Source of the DNA: Tetramitus jugosus
Lineage: Eukaryota > Protista > Heterolobosea
Direction of reading: 5' to 3'
Assembly (NCBI GenBank): GCA_937625935.1
Contig: OW569379.1
Location: 124,001 to 188,000 of the forward strand
Length of the DNA: 64,000 nt
Translations under genes and position numbers: made by a program
The notes under the pieces: model-generated
The model's database searches: none
Told to the model about the DNA's origin: nothing
The model's input: the letters and a program-made list of their open reading frames with translations, nothing else
Shown here: positions 10,214 to 21,459 of the stretch, piece by piece
How the letters are laid out: each line of letters starts with the position of its first letter
Numbering within the stretch: the stretch's first letter is position 1

Positions 10214-11821
10214 TCAGTGCAGGCAAATGACATCGACATCCTTGAATCCAGAGGAAGCATTGGATGAATGCTTGGATATGGTTGATTTCATGCAAGAGAA
10301 ATGTCTCGAGATTGAACTTTCCTCCCGATGTAAGTAAATCACAGTAAAGGCCTCTCCACAAGCTACCGATAGACGCTTGCCAGTTCTTCTCTTTTCTTCA
10401 AGTAGCCAATCTGGCAGAGGTACATGTCTCAGTTGCGACACTGACGCGCTCGATTCATAACCACACTGACAGTCCGTGTTCGATCCAGATGAATAAACAC
10501 TATCATTTAGTATACAAATGGTGTGCCAGCTACCACAGATCACATCTCTCACTGGCGTCTCAGGCAATTGTATTTCAGTGAATTGATTCCTATCTACACT
10601 GTCTCCCAATGCTAATCTTCCGTCACTGTTGCATCCAACACTATACAAACGACCACTGCTCGTTTGCACAATCGTATGATTATTACCTGTCCACACTCCA
10701 TTAAACGTTGGTGTCTGTGGGAGCGATGAAACATCAAACACAATCTTTGTCGGTATTGTGTTGACAGAATTGGACGATCCCGTTCCATTCTGTCCCAAGT
10801 TATTACCACCAAAGGACCACAATTCTCCACTCTCCGTTATCGCTAGACTGTGATTGTATCCCGCCGATATCGAAGCAACTCTCTGATTAGAGCCGATAGT
10901 GACTCTCCTTGGAACGTACCGCACTTGATCTTCGATGCCATACCCCAGTTGACCATAGTCATTCGAACCGCAACTCCACAAAGCACCACTCACAGTCAAA
11001 ATGAGCGAATGACTGGCACCACACGAAACATCTCTCACCGGTTCATTACTCGGCAATTGAAGCCTTGTCGGAACACGCACATGATGCCTATCACCACTAC
11101 TACCACTACTACCACCACCACCAAAACCACTCTTGATTTTCGCTAATCCACACGCACCTCCCGTATTATCACCCGTGACAAACACATTACCGCACCTTGT
11201 CAACCAATAGGCACTCAAATAGCCCGCTCGAACACAAACAACAGGATCTCTCAACCGTTCGTAATCTCTTGTAAAATAGGGAACAATGGACAAAAAGTGA
11301 TCCACATGAGACGACAATGTTACTTCTTCTTCTTCTTGCGCTTCTACTATACTATTGTTGGCACGATCATTTGTGGTTGTATCATTCGAATCATCATCTC
11401 TCTGCTGTTGTTCTTGTTGTTCTCTTTTTCGTTCTTCACCAAATGGATCATCAATACCCAAGATACCTCGTTCATTGTTACCACATGCGAAAATGACATT
11501 ATCATATTGATCAAATCGATGACTACCATTACTACTACTATTATTACTCAAGTTCAAATGGTGATGATGATGATGATTAGAGTATGTCATGAGTTGAGTG
11601 TCCATGATGAACCAGACTTGTTCCGGACCACAATGCACTGATTTCACTGGAAACGCAGTATTATTGGTGTTGTTATGGATGCTACTAGTACTGTTAGTTG
11701 TAGTAGTAGTAGTGCTTGATGTTGTTGCTGTTGCTGTGAATGGTTTCCATTGAGTAATGGATGATTCGTCTAGTGGGGATATAGAATTCTTTAGATTGCG
11801 ACCAATGACAACAATGGACAT
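10214..11821 (-). CDS. RCC1-repeat (beta-propeller) protein
   Basis: Repeated VSCGASHSLIL..SGALWSCGSNDYGQLG and ISAGYNHSLAITESGELWSFGGNNLGQ units. Confidence 0.9.
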   Translation of the reverse strand: MSIVVIGRNLKNSISPLDESSITQWKPFTATATTSSTTTTTTNSTSSIHNNTNNTAFPVKSVHCGPEQVWFIMDTQLMTYSNHHHHHHLNLSNNSSSNGSHRFDQYDNVIFACGNNERGILGIDDPFGEERKREQQEQQQRDDDSNDTTTNDRANNSIVEAQEEEEVTLSSHVDHFLSIVPYFTRDYERLRDPVVCVRAGYLSAYWLTRCGNVFVTGDNTGGACGLAKIKSGFGGGGSSGSSGDRHHVRVPTRLQLPSNEPVRDVSCGASHSLILTVSGALWSCGSNDYGQLGYGIEDQVRYVPRRVTIGSNQRVASISAGYNHSLAITESGELWSFGGNNLGQNGTGSSNSVNTIPTKIVFDVSSLPQTPTFNGVWTGNNHTIVQTSSGRLYSVGCNSDGRLALGDSVDRNQFTEIQLPETPVRDVICGSWHTICILNDSVYSSGSNTDCQCGYESSASVSQLRHVPLPDWLLEEKRRTGKRLSVACGEAFTVIYLHREESSISRHFSCMKSTISKHSSNASSGFKDVDVICLH

Positions 11822-12077
11822 GATTCATATAGTAATATTGTTGTTGACGATGATTGATATTTCAAGTTTTCTCAGTTGATTGGTTGTTTTCTGGTGCATT
11901 GCGGCCAATCTTGGGAACTTTCATCTAAGAATAGAACAGCAATTCTTCGATACCGACTACAGTAGCTCTGACGGTTAACTTTCACGGGAAAAAGCTTGAG
12001 CAGCAAAATAAGAATCAATCACATAATCTGCGTAAAAATCAACTCACACGAATCAGTATTTGTTTTTGGAAGAGAAA

Positions 12078-14102
12078 ATGGATGACAAAACAATTGCAAC
12101 AAGCGACAAAGCAATGATTGACGAAGAAGAAGAATTTGATCAAACAATCAATGGTCGTGTTGGTAGTGATCACATGATGTCATCATCATCGTCATCTCAT
12201 GATGATGAAAGCTTTTCAGAGTCGAACAATCACAATAAGCGCAGAAGAAGAAGAAGAACATTTGATCAGTTCATGAACACTGATGACTCATTGTCATCTG
12301 ATGATAATGATGATGATGATTTGTATGATGATGATGATGACGCATACTGGAACACAATGAGTGATGATGATGATGCGAGAAACAAGTTGAGAGTGAAACG
12401 ACACAAATTTGACAATGATGATTTTCGATTGAAAAAGAAGAGAAGATTTTTGAGTCATAATGGGTATGATGATACTCGTGGTTCATCATCACCGATTATG
12501 GTCCAGAAAAACCCTATCAAGTTGAGTAATAATGAAACAATGGATAATGTTGATGGATATGGGAGTGAAGAAACAGTGGATCATCGCCATTTTGATGATA
12601 GTGAAATGAATGATGAGTCCTATGATGAAAATGATCGTTATGAGAAGAGACCGAGTCGCACGCGAGTTGATAATGATCGTTTGGAAGAGACCAATCGTGC
12701 AAATGTGAAAAAATGGGCAAATAACGACAGTGGCACGTCCTCCATGATGGATTCCTCGTCACACAGGAGTAATACTCGCGGCCGGGCGAATAGACATCTT
12801 CGTTCCATTAATCATGCGAAAAATGACCAATATGATGCCCAACCAGGAAGAAACAGAGATCAAAGAAATCCACATCTAGGCCGAGAGCCTATTACTTTGT
12901 CTGGTGCTGATTTCTCCATCACAGTGTCACAAGGTCCTCAACCTGCAAGTTCTCAGCTTCCTGTCTCACCATCACGCAGCGCGCATCGGATGAGAAGGAG
13001 GAAGAGTAAGCAGTCACCCATCATTGATGATGAGGAGCAACCAAATGATTCATCGAATCGCTCATTGATCAGTAAAATAGGATTGGAACTTGTGAGAATT
13101 ATTTTGGTCGCTCTATCAGTAGCAGTGTTGCTAATTGGTGTATCTAGGCTTCATACACATGAAAAAGAAAGAGTGGAACAAATCTCTACATCGAATGATG
13201 GACAAGCGAACTCTACTCTGATCCCTTCCTCAAGAAATTCCAACAAAAGTGTCTCTGATTTGATTCCTCTCTTATTGAAAAAGAACACTGATCCCATACT
13301 TCCTGTACGTGAGAACACTACCGAGATATTCGAACAGCTGTTGAGAGCTCATGGCATTCTTGGAGTAAAGGATGAGATGGAGCTTTTGAGGAATCAGATT
13401 GAAGGTCAGACAAAGGTCTATACACAACTCCAGCAACATTTAACTCAATTGTTTCAAAACCAGAAGGAGCTTAATGACTACATAAGTAAGAATGATGCAT
13501 CAAACCAACCACTCTTGGAGACAGATGTGCAGAAAATGATTGATCACTCACTCAACATCTACTCTGCAGATAGGATTAGCAAAGTAGATTTTGCTCAAAA
13601 GGGACTTGGATCTCTTGTTGTGTCTCATTCACCTAGCTATGATTGCTTGCATTGCAACTGGAGAACCTTCCCAACAAATGTTCACCGATATCTCTTCCAA
13701 AAGTTTACTTCACCAGACATTCTATTGGATCCTGATGTCACACTAGGTAAATGCTGGGCCATGAGAGGTCAATCTGGATACGTAACAATCAAATTGCCGT
13801 ATGAGATTATTCCGAATGGCTTCTCAATTGAGCACGTATCACAATCCGTCACACCAGACATTTCCTCTGCTCCCAAAAACATTACTGTGTATGTCCACCG
13901 TTCCGAAGAGCAACAAGAGAAGATTGCAGAGTACATTTATGACAGAGAAAGGGAAGGTGTACAAACATTCCCATTGATCCAGGCTTATCAAGGTACGCTA
14001 GAATCATTCCAGTTCTACACTCTTCGAGTGAATGACAACTACGGTAATCAAAACTTCACATGTCTGTATCGATTTAGAATTCACGGTAAGAAAACAGAAT
14101 AA
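12078..14102 (+). CDS. SUN-domain (Sad1/UNC-84) inner nuclear membrane protein
   Basis: Acidic/basic N-terminus, one TM helix, coiled coil, and a C-terminal SUN domain (GKCWAM, FSIEHV, SSAPK, NYGNQNFTCLYRFRIHG). Confidence 0.92.
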   Translation: MDDKTIATSDKAMIDEEEEFDQTINGRVGSDHMMSSSSSSHDDESFSESNNHNKRRRRRRTFDQFMNTDDSLSSDDNDDDDLYDDDDDAYWNTMSDDDDARNKLRVKRHKFDNDDFRLKKKRRFLSHNGYDDTRGSSSPIMVQKNPIKLSNNETMDNVDGYGSEETVDHRHFDDSEMNDESYDENDRYEKRPSRTRVDNDRLEETNRANVKKWANNDSGTSSMMDSSSHRSNTRGRANRHLRSINHAKNDQYDAQPGRNRDQRNPHLGREPITLSGADFSITVSQGPQPASSQLPVSPSRSAHRMRRRKSKQSPIIDDEEQPNDSSNRSLISKIGLELVRIILVALSVAVLLIGVSRLHTHEKERVEQISTSNDGQANSTLIPSSRNSNKSVSDLIPLLLKKNTDPILPVRENTTEIFEQLLRAHGILGVKDEMELLRNQIEGQTKVYTQLQQHLTQLFQNQKELNDYISKNDASNQPLLETDVQKMIDHSLNIYSADRISKVDFAQKGLGSLVVSHSPSYDCLHCNWRTFPTNVHRYLFQKFTSPDILLDPDVTLGKCWAMRGQSGYVTIKLPYEIIPNGFSIEHVSQSVTPDISSAPKNITVYVHRSEEQQEKIAEYIYDREREGVQTFPLIQAYQGTLESFQFYTLRVNDNYGNQNFTCLYRFRIHGKKTE

Positions 14103-14819
14103 AAACTTGCAATACCTCAAATGGTCAAGAGATTCGATCCTTTTTCAAGTGGCTGATATCAAACTCATTTCTCAACTCTTCCTTAGCCCAAAATTATGGG
14201 ATCTTTTAGACCTGGACACAGTGTTGTCTTGAACTTCGACATCAAAAATAAAAAGAAAGAAAGAAAATGAAGAATATTTGTGATACGGATATGGCCATCG
14301 CAACTGCTATCGATTTTCCTTGCTATGGAGAAGAAGGCCTTAAAGGTCCACAGAAGTTTCAGAGAATGAAATGCAAAGAGACGAGGAATTATCAAGAACC
14401 GAGAAGAACATGGTTGACTGTGATGTTACAAGTTTCTTGACAGACGACAAAGATGAAGGAGATGAAGAAGACGATGATGCATGAAAAATTCTACGTTGCA
14501 AACGAAGAAAGAAACACAATTCTTCTTCATTTTGGTGGTTTGATCCACAGCTACTTTCGATCAAGCCTCAAGTCTAGATAGAGAACAATGTGTCATCTAC
14601 TGCTCCAGCTCTACTCCGTTCAGAAAAGCCACTGCTCTCATGAACTCGCCGGTTGGAAAAAAAAGAACGAAAGGGTTTTTAGTTTTGGTTGACCAAAAAT
14701 ACACGATATTTGAGAGAATGAAAATTAATACCTTCGCAAAACGAATGCTTTGGCTTCCAACAAACATAAAACTTGATCACGGACAACCTCAACCAAGGGT
14801 AGTTCTTTTTTCCTTGTCA

Positions 14820-16868
14820 ATGAGTAACAATTCAATTTTTGTAATCGGCTTAGTTTTAATGCTGGGTGTGGTAATACTCGCAGCAGACAATTTCAACTAT
14901 CAACCCCATCACCACCCTGCAAACTCAGGACGGAATTTGAATGAACGTCAAAATTCCTTTGATTTTTCTGCTACTCAAGGGGTTCCATTCGAGCCCAACA
15001 TCAACCCAATGAATCGCGAACGACCAAGAATGAGAGAAAGAGAAACTGGGCAGGACTCTCAGTTTTCCAATGCTCGATTCAAGGACAGGAACGTTCCCCT
15101 TGCAGACTCACCAATGGCCACTGAAAGCATGTGGACACGAATGTTGCGTCACTTGCCTGAAAATCAACTCATGAAACTGCATGAAACAAAGTGTCTCCTC
15201 GAGTCAATTGATCAATTGGAACGCGAAGGTTTCTTGTTCATGACTCCAGAAGCTACGAAATGGAGAAGAAAGCAAGCTCTCAGGGAATTGGAGTATATTC
15301 TCTCACAACCCATGTCGGCTCGAGGAAATGACAACTTCAATACAAGAACCGTTGTAACGGAGGATATGCTTAGAGAATTGGAACTATCGGACTTTTTTTT
15401 CAGATTTAAAGGAGTTGAGCCTTCATTCGAATCAAACTTTCCAGGAGATTTATCTCCTACTTCTCCCTCATTTCGGACCAATGGCGTCATTCCTGGAACC
15501 AGAGCATCCGTTGAAATGGAAGCAGAGTTTCAAAACAGAAGAAATACGAGCGAAGACTCCTTTGTTGTACAGGCACAATTCTCTGACGGATCCTTTGTTA
15601 CCTTCCTTAACACCAAATGGATTGAGGCAATGATGATTTTCATTGTCATCATGACAACAATTGCAAACAATTTACTACTACCGAAACTGTCACTGGGAGA
15701 GTGGGACAGTAAGAGGATCAAATCATTTGTTTTCACTTCGTCATTCGTCTGCCCAGTGGTAATGAGAATCATATTGCCCAATCAGACTGAAAGAGGAGTG
15801 AGCGAACTCTTCACCATCATCTCTATTATTGGTATGCTTCAGGTGTATGTCCAGACAGCTGCACCTCTGCCACGAAACACTTCTGATCGAGGAATGTGGG
15901 AACGCTGGAAAGGCCGAGGTCTATCTGAAACCTTGCACTATTGTTCATGTATATGGACATGGGTAGCAGTGCTGTTTCACTCGTACTTGATTGGTTCTGC
16001 AGCGGTTCTCTCCATCGCAACGACCATGGTTTCAGATGATGTCGGTCTCATTGATAGTTTACTATCAACCAAGTTGCGACAACTGACCCGCATTGAACCC
16101 CAGTTGTTCCAACTCATTTATCCCAGAAAGTCGGTGATGGCCAATGAGGGAGAGCGAGATGTTGTACCTAATCTGTTGGTTTCATCTCTAAACTTGCTCC
16201 TCATGTACACGGTATGCATTCTCGTTCGAAAGGTATTGGGTGTTCCATACTTGTTGGTTCTCGAGAGACCCTTCATTTTCTTCTGTTGTGTCTTGTACTA
16301 TGGAACCGCTTTAGTAGCATCGACAAAGTGGTACATGCACAGAAAAGCGTCCGTAAGACCAAAGGGTCCACCTGTTCATTCTGAGGAACAGGTTACCCAG
16401 ATGAGTGAACAAGGACTGTCAACAAAGAAAGAAGAAACAACTCTGAGACATACTGTCAAAGACACTCCGCCTACAGCATCCACTTCTCGAACAGCAGCGA
16501 GCGCAGCTTCAAGTTTTTCAGAAGAAACTCGTGCACACACTGGTCGCACTAAGAAGAGTGGCAAAGAGAATTGGAATGAGATCTACATGAGAACGAACCT
16601 GGTTGCCGTCGGTTCCAGTTCATTCTTCCTCCTGATCGCCTACTTTTTCCATGTCAACTTCCTATTCACTCTCACTGGTTACTTCATCATTCTCCTTATT
16701 CATACCAAGTATTTGGAAACCTTCTGGAAGAGAGAGAACATGGTCTGGGTTATGTTGGGATGGGTTGCAATTATGTATGGCTCTTATCTGATTATTCGAT
16801 CTCTTCCTGCTCTGTACAATCCAGTTGAGAAATTGATTGAGTATAGTTGGATCTTGCTGAACTGGTAA
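14820..16868 (+). CDS. Multi-pass membrane protein of unknown function with N-terminal signal/anchor
   Basis: Long ORF. The ATG at 14820 precedes a hydrophobic segment, and there are many C-terminal TM stretches. The ORF track start at 14640 is also possible. Confidence 0.75.
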   Translation: MSNNSIFVIGLVLMLGVVILAADNFNYQPHHHPANSGRNLNERQNSFDFSATQGVPFEPNINPMNRERPRMRERETGQDSQFSNARFKDRNVPLADSPMATESMWTRMLRHLPENQLMKLHETKCLLESIDQLEREGFLFMTPEATKWRRKQALRELEYILSQPMSARGNDNFNTRTVVTEDMLRELELSDFFFRFKGVEPSFESNFPGDLSPTSPSFRTNGVIPGTRASVEMEAEFQNRRNTSEDSFVVQAQFSDGSFVTFLNTKWIEAMMIFIVIMTTIANNLLLPKLSLGEWDSKRIKSFVFTSSFVCPVVMRIILPNQTERGVSELFTIISIIGMLQVYVQTAAPLPRNTSDRGMWERWKGRGLSETLHYCSCIWTWVAVLFHSYLIGSAAVLSIATTMVSDDVGLIDSLLSTKLRQLTRIEPQLFQLIYPRKSVMANEGERDVVPNLLVSSLNLLLMYTVCILVRKVLGVPYLLVLERPFIFFCCVLYYGTALVASTKWYMHRKASVRPKGPPVHSEEQVTQMSEQGLSTKKEETTLRHTVKDTPPTASTSRTAASAASSFSEETRAHTGRTKKSGKENWNEIYMRTNLVAVGSSSFFLLIAYFFHVNFLFTLTGYFIILLIHTKYLETFWKRENMVWVMLGWVAIMYGSYLIIRSLPALYNPVEKLIEYSWILLNW

Positions 16869-16947
16869 CGCAGTATCATTTTGTAAACAATATGTTTATT
16901 ATTATACACATACCCTACCGACTCTTCAGTGAAGAGAAAACCGTTCT

Positions 16948-17778
16948 CTATTCTTCTAATTCTTTTTCAACCTTTTGCCAAGATGGCATGTAACTGAAGA
17001 CATACTGAGCTCCACCAACAATCGCCCCACTTCCCTTGACGCTATAATCTTTACAAGTGTCCCAACAATATGATGAGCCATCTTTTAGTTTCTCATAAGG
17101 GATTGGAATCACAGGAACATAGCGATATGTACTCTTTGCAGCATCAACCACTGCCGTACCTCCTCCTACAACCAGGTCTTTGCTAACATTCCAAGAATAC
17201 CAGGCTGCATTGGCTGTTATATTGCCTCCTTTAATTGCCACGTCTTTGCCAACATCGGCAACGGACAAAGCTCCTGGAACGATAGATACAAGGTAGTAGG
17301 GATCATAGAAGTTAAAGAGACCCGTTGTGGATTTTGCTCCCGTACTCTGGAACCACGAGAGCCAAGAATTAGCTTGGACCGTTCCTTTATAGCTCCTCAT
17401 CCACTCTGCAGCAGGTGAGTTTTTCTCAATCCCCAAAACCGAAAATCCTATTTGCCCTATCAAGTACACAGCACCTTTCTCAACAATCAGTGGAAGTCCA
17501 AGCACAAGTAAACTCTTTCCTAGTGGTGTGTGTAGAAAGGCGTAGGTATTCCACATGATGTTCTTCAGAGCATTCATACCTTGAGATGATTGGTCCTCTT
17601 GAGAATCAGACAAATCAACCAGGTACACTCGGTCAAAACCAAACTTTGCTTCACTGGTAACCAATGAGCGTAACACACCGGACGGGGCGACCAAGGAAGG
17701 AGTGACAGGATCTGCTAACTGAGTATTTGTCGCTAACTGGCCGAGAACAGAGGAACTGGGGTCATGGAAGATGCTCAT
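16948..17778 (-). CDS. Protein with IFI6/IFI27 (ISG12, Ifi-6-16)-like motif
   Basis: IGFSVLGIEKNSPAAEWMRSYKGTVQANSWLSWFQSTGA matches the GF...GI...S.AA..M....G.V...S.....QS.GA pattern. Start is uncertain (17778 or 17922). Confidence 0.7.
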   Translation of the reverse strand: MSIFHDPSSSVLGQLATNTQLADPVTPSLVAPSGVLRSLVTSEAKFGFDRVYLVDLSDSQEDQSSQGMNALKNIMWNTYAFLHTPLGKSLLVLGLPLIVEKGAVYLIGQIGFSVLGIEKNSPAAEWMRSYKGTVQANSWLSWFQSTGAKSTTGLFNFYDPYYLVSIVPGALSVADVGKDVAIKGGNITANAAWYSWNVSKDLVVGGGTAVVDAAKSTYRYVPVIPIPYEKLKDGSSYCWDTCKDYSVKGSGAIVGGAQYVFSYMPSWQKVEKELEE

Positions 17779-17950
17779 TTCCTGTGATCTTGGAATGAAC
17801 TCTTTTTTACAACTTTTGTTTTGGTTTTCGGGATTTCGTGCAAATCTATTCTTGGGAATAAAAAGGAGGCATTTCTTGCCGTTAGGCATCGCAGACACCA
17901 TCCTGAGTATCGAGTGTCTCATCTTTCAGTGAAGGGATAAGGTAGTGTCT

Positions 17951-18247
17951 CTATTCCTGTGATTCTTTTTTCTCTAATTCTTTCCCGTCTGTTTGCCAAG
18001 ATGGAATGTAGTTCATGACATATTGAGCCCCACCAACAATCGCCTCACTTCCTTTGTTGCTATAGTCCTTACAAGAGTCCCAACAATACGACGTGCCCTC
18101 TTTCAATCCTTCTACAGACAATTTCTCAGGGATTAGAATCACAGGAATATAACGAGTTGGAGACCATTTAACTTTTGTCGGGTGAGTGTTGGGCAACAAC
18201 AAGCCGAGAGCAGAAGAACTAGAGGAGTTTCGTGGGATTGAGCTCAT
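17951..18247 (-). CDS. Short paralogue or partial tandem duplicate of the C-terminus of the neighbouring IFI27-like gene
   Basis: RYIPVILIP..LKEGTSYCWDSCKDYSNKGSEAIVGGAQYVMNYIPSWQ closely matches RYVPVIPIP..LKDGSSYCWDTCKDYSVKGSGAIVGGAQYVFSYMPSWQ. Confidence 0.6.
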   Translation of the reverse strand: MSSIPRNSSSSSALGLLLPNTHPTKVKWSPTRYIPVILIPEKLSVEGLKEGTSYCWDSCKDYSNKGSEAIVGGAQYVMNYIPSWQTDGKELEKKESQE

Positions 18248-18373
18248 CCTTGTTTTCTTGTTTTTACAAAATGATTTTTTTTATTTTGACGGGGTTGTCT
18301 TCTATTCTTAGGAATGAGAAAACTCGTGCTGTTGGTGGAACTTTTTTCTCTCTTCACACAGAATTCAAAAAAA

Positions 18374-19631
18374 ATGGAAGCAAGCAATGATCAATGGACA
18401 AACGAAGAAGCACCATCACTTCAAAAAGAAAATGAGGAGAGTGATGATTTGAATCAACCTGGATTCAAGTCGTGTGACTCTGTTGAAAACTACGAGTTCT
18501 TGAATCAAATTGGCCAAGGAGTCTACGGTGTCGTATGTAAGTATCGGTCGCTTTCGAAAGCTTTGCGAAAAAAGTTGCTTGTTTTTATAGTGTGAACTTG
18601 TTTTTGTTTGATTTCCGTTGTTCTTTTATACACACAACAATCTAAAACTTTACAATAAAAATTTGACATGCACACGCGCAGCAAGGGCACAATGCAAGAG
18701 AACCAATGAAATTGTAGCTCTAAAGAGAGTAAAGCTAAACAAGGAATTGGTGAGAGAAGGATTTCCCACAAGTGCACTCAGAGAAGTATCACTCTTGTTG
18801 CAACTCAAGCATGAAAATATTGTCAATGTGAGAGAAGTGGTCATGGGTAGTGACTTGAACAAGATTTTTGTAGTTATGGACTACATGGACCATACACTGT
18901 ATGATTTGAATGAACAGAGACCGAGACCATTCTCCATCTCGGAAGTCAAGTGCCTGATGATTCAAATTCTGAGTGGAATCATGTATTTGCACCGTAATTG
19001 GGTGATTCATCGAGATTTGAAAACATCAAACATTCTCATGGACAATAGAGGCAATTTGAAGCTTTGTGATTTTGGTATGGCGCGAAAGTATGGCTCTCCT
19101 TTGCGGCCATACACTCCTGTCGTAGTTACACTATGGTACAGAGCACCGGAAGTGCTTCTGGGATCGACAACTTATGGTCCACCTCTCGATATGTGGTCCG
19201 TCGGTTGTATATTTGCAGAATTGTTGACAAAACAAGTTCTGTTCCCTGGTGAAGGTGAGATTGATCAACTCAGACGTATATTTCAAGAGTTGGGCGTGCC
19301 AGATGACAAGAAATGGAAAGGATATTCCAAATTGCCTGCCGTACAGCGTTTCAAGTTCTCTGGACCTCCTCACAGCAGTCTCGCTGATCGATTCCAAAAA
19401 GTTTCTGCTGTGAATCCTGAGCCTCTCTTGTCAGATCTAGGTATGGATCTCCTGAGTCGAATGTTAGAGTACGATCCAGAACAGAGAATAACAGCGGAAG
19501 AAGCATTGGAACATCCTTACTTTTCAGAGTGTCCTTTACCAAAAAATAGACATGCAATGCCAACATTTCCCAGTGACATCCATGAAACAGGCAACCGGAA
19601 GAGACGGAGATTAAATGAAGGAGATTCTTAA
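18374..19631 (+). CDS. CDK11: Cyclin-dependent kinase, CDK11/CDK10 (PITSLRE) group; 2 exons (18374-18536, 18682-19631)
   Basis: GFPTSALRE, HRDLKTSN, DFGMARKYGSPLRPYTPVVVTLWYRAPE. Intron GTAAGT...GCAG at 18537-18681 joins GQGVYGVV-SRAQ in frame. Confidence 0.9.
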
Positions 19632-20006
19632 TAACATATGACATCTTAGTTTTGAAGTTCATTGTATTTGATCAAGTATTTATTTTTTTTGTTTTATTTA
19701 TTTGAGAATTAAGGTTGTTGTTGTTGTACAATATTGACGTGCGTGTGTGGTAGCGATTGTAACCATCCACTCTCTTGTGTATGTGCATGTAGCTAGCGTG
19801 TACCCAAAAGGCTCATCATCGTCATTGACATTTGCCGCACCAAATGAAAAATATTCTTTGCATGCGTGCGCACAATCATGCGTAAGTGTGGTGAGTGGGT
19901 AGTTGGTTGGTTGGTTGGTACAATCAATTGGGATGAATAACAAAAAAGATGGGGCATGCCCTGTAGGAGGAGGTGTGATGATTGATGAACCTGCCTGCCT
20001 ACCCTC

Positions 20007-20954
20007 CTACTTTTCATAGTCCACGAGAACACTAGGATCCAAAATGTTCTTCTTCATCTCCAAAAAGGCCCAAACAATCATCAAATTGTTAAATGAGACA
20101 AAGAGAGCCAATGGCACAGAAGGGAGCAACAATCCAGAGAACATGAGCCAAACAGTCAAGCAAACCCAAACAATTCTACCCAACATCTCATGAGCATACA
20201 CAATCATGTGGCAATTCTTGCTTCTGGCTTGCTTGTACACGAAAAAGAGTGTCAATAGCTGAAGGAAGCCATACCAACGAATGTATAGCTCAACGAGTGG
20301 AGGTGATCTCTGATTGAGCAGGGAGCACCACATGTTGGGCACCAAGAGACATCCAATCGCCTCTGCCAATCCCACAGAGACACTCAATGTCGAAAATACA
20401 ATGCTCAACGGCTTCACGTTAGACAATTGAATTTTCTTTGGTAGCGGCTCGCCTTGTGCTCTCGCGCCAAAATAACCGTTTTTGTAAAGTACCATGAACA
20501 GCGCCAAAATACACCATAGCACTTCGAAGAGACCAAGAGTCAAAACCAAGGTGAAGCTCGCATGTCTCAAAACGAACACAACTAGCGCATAAAATGCCAC
20601 ACCAACCAATCTACTGAAAATAATGGACCTATACATCATGTCATACTTTAACACGTATGTAATCACATAGGGAATGCCTTGAATCATGAGAGCTACACCA
20701 ACCATGTGTGGCCAAGGACCACCATGGTCCTTGATACGATCATAACGATCATGGAAGGAAGTCAATCGAAGGAACCAACTTGGACTGATTGCTAACAGCA
20801 GACCCATACTGAACTGGTACAATGCAAAGATGAGTAACAATGGTTGACGACTCAGTAAATCAAACCGTGAAATCAAGCGTTGAACATCTGTCGTTCCTGC
20901 TCCATTCTTTAGAGAAAATGATTTTAATTGTTGTTGTTTGTTGTTATTGGTCAT
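20007..20954 (-). CDS. Membrane protein, ~8 TM, apparent internal 4-TM duplication
   Basis: ATG at 20954 (MTNNN). Two similar halves, each opening with hydrophobic helix-P-x-W. Confidence 0.7.
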   Translation of the reverse strand: MTNNNKQQQLKSFSLKNGAGTTDVQRLISRFDLLSRQPLLLIFALYQFSMGLLLAISPSWFLRLTSFHDRYDRIKDHGGPWPHMVGVALMIQGIPYVITYVLKYDMMYRSIIFSRLVGVAFYALVVFVLRHASFTLVLTLGLFEVLWCILALFMVLYKNGYFGARAQGEPLPKKIQLSNVKPLSIVFSTLSVSVGLAEAIGCLLVPNMWCSLLNQRSPPLVELYIRWYGFLQLLTLFFVYKQARSKNCHMIVYAHEMLGRIVWVCLTVWLMFSGLLLPSVPLALFVSFNNLMIVWAFLEMKKNILDPSVLVDYEK

Positions 20955-21459
20955 TTCTCTCTCTTCTCTTGTTGTTGTATGAGTGATGATGACGGTTGTT
21001 GTTTGTTGTTGAGTGTTGTTTGCTTTGAGGTGATTGTGTTTTGAGGTGTCTGGAATTTGACATGTGGCGAAAAACAACAATTTTGTGTGAAGCGGCCCAA
21101 CAGACATGTTGTGTATATTTTGACATGCGAGCCTTTGGGGACTTTTGACATGTGACGGGAAGTGAAGTGTGAAGAGAAAATGACGAGAGAAATGGGCAGG
21201 TGCAAAGATTGGTGAATTCCTCGTAACCCCTCAATCTCACATATGGAAATGTCGGACACCTGTTTAGAATGACTACAGAGATTTCTTTGGTGTCAAACAC
21301 TACGACCGTCATTATGCCTAGAGGTGTGTATGAAGTTCTCCGTGGTTGGTTGAAATTCGAAAGGAAATGGCAAAACAATCCACCATGCAAACGACAATAG
21401 TTATACCAAAAAACGTTTCTCACACATCACCAATAAAATAGTAGAATTATTTTTGCAGT

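Noticed and set aside
7930-12380. Numerous (CAT)n/(CAA)n/(GAT)n trinucleotide runs
   Set aside because: They encode poly-H/Q/N/D/S tracts typical of this genome; not a CRISPR array or satellite.
14110-14640. Possible small gene between the SUN and membrane-protein genes
   Set aside because: Only short ORFs in several frames, with no motif or consistent splice model.
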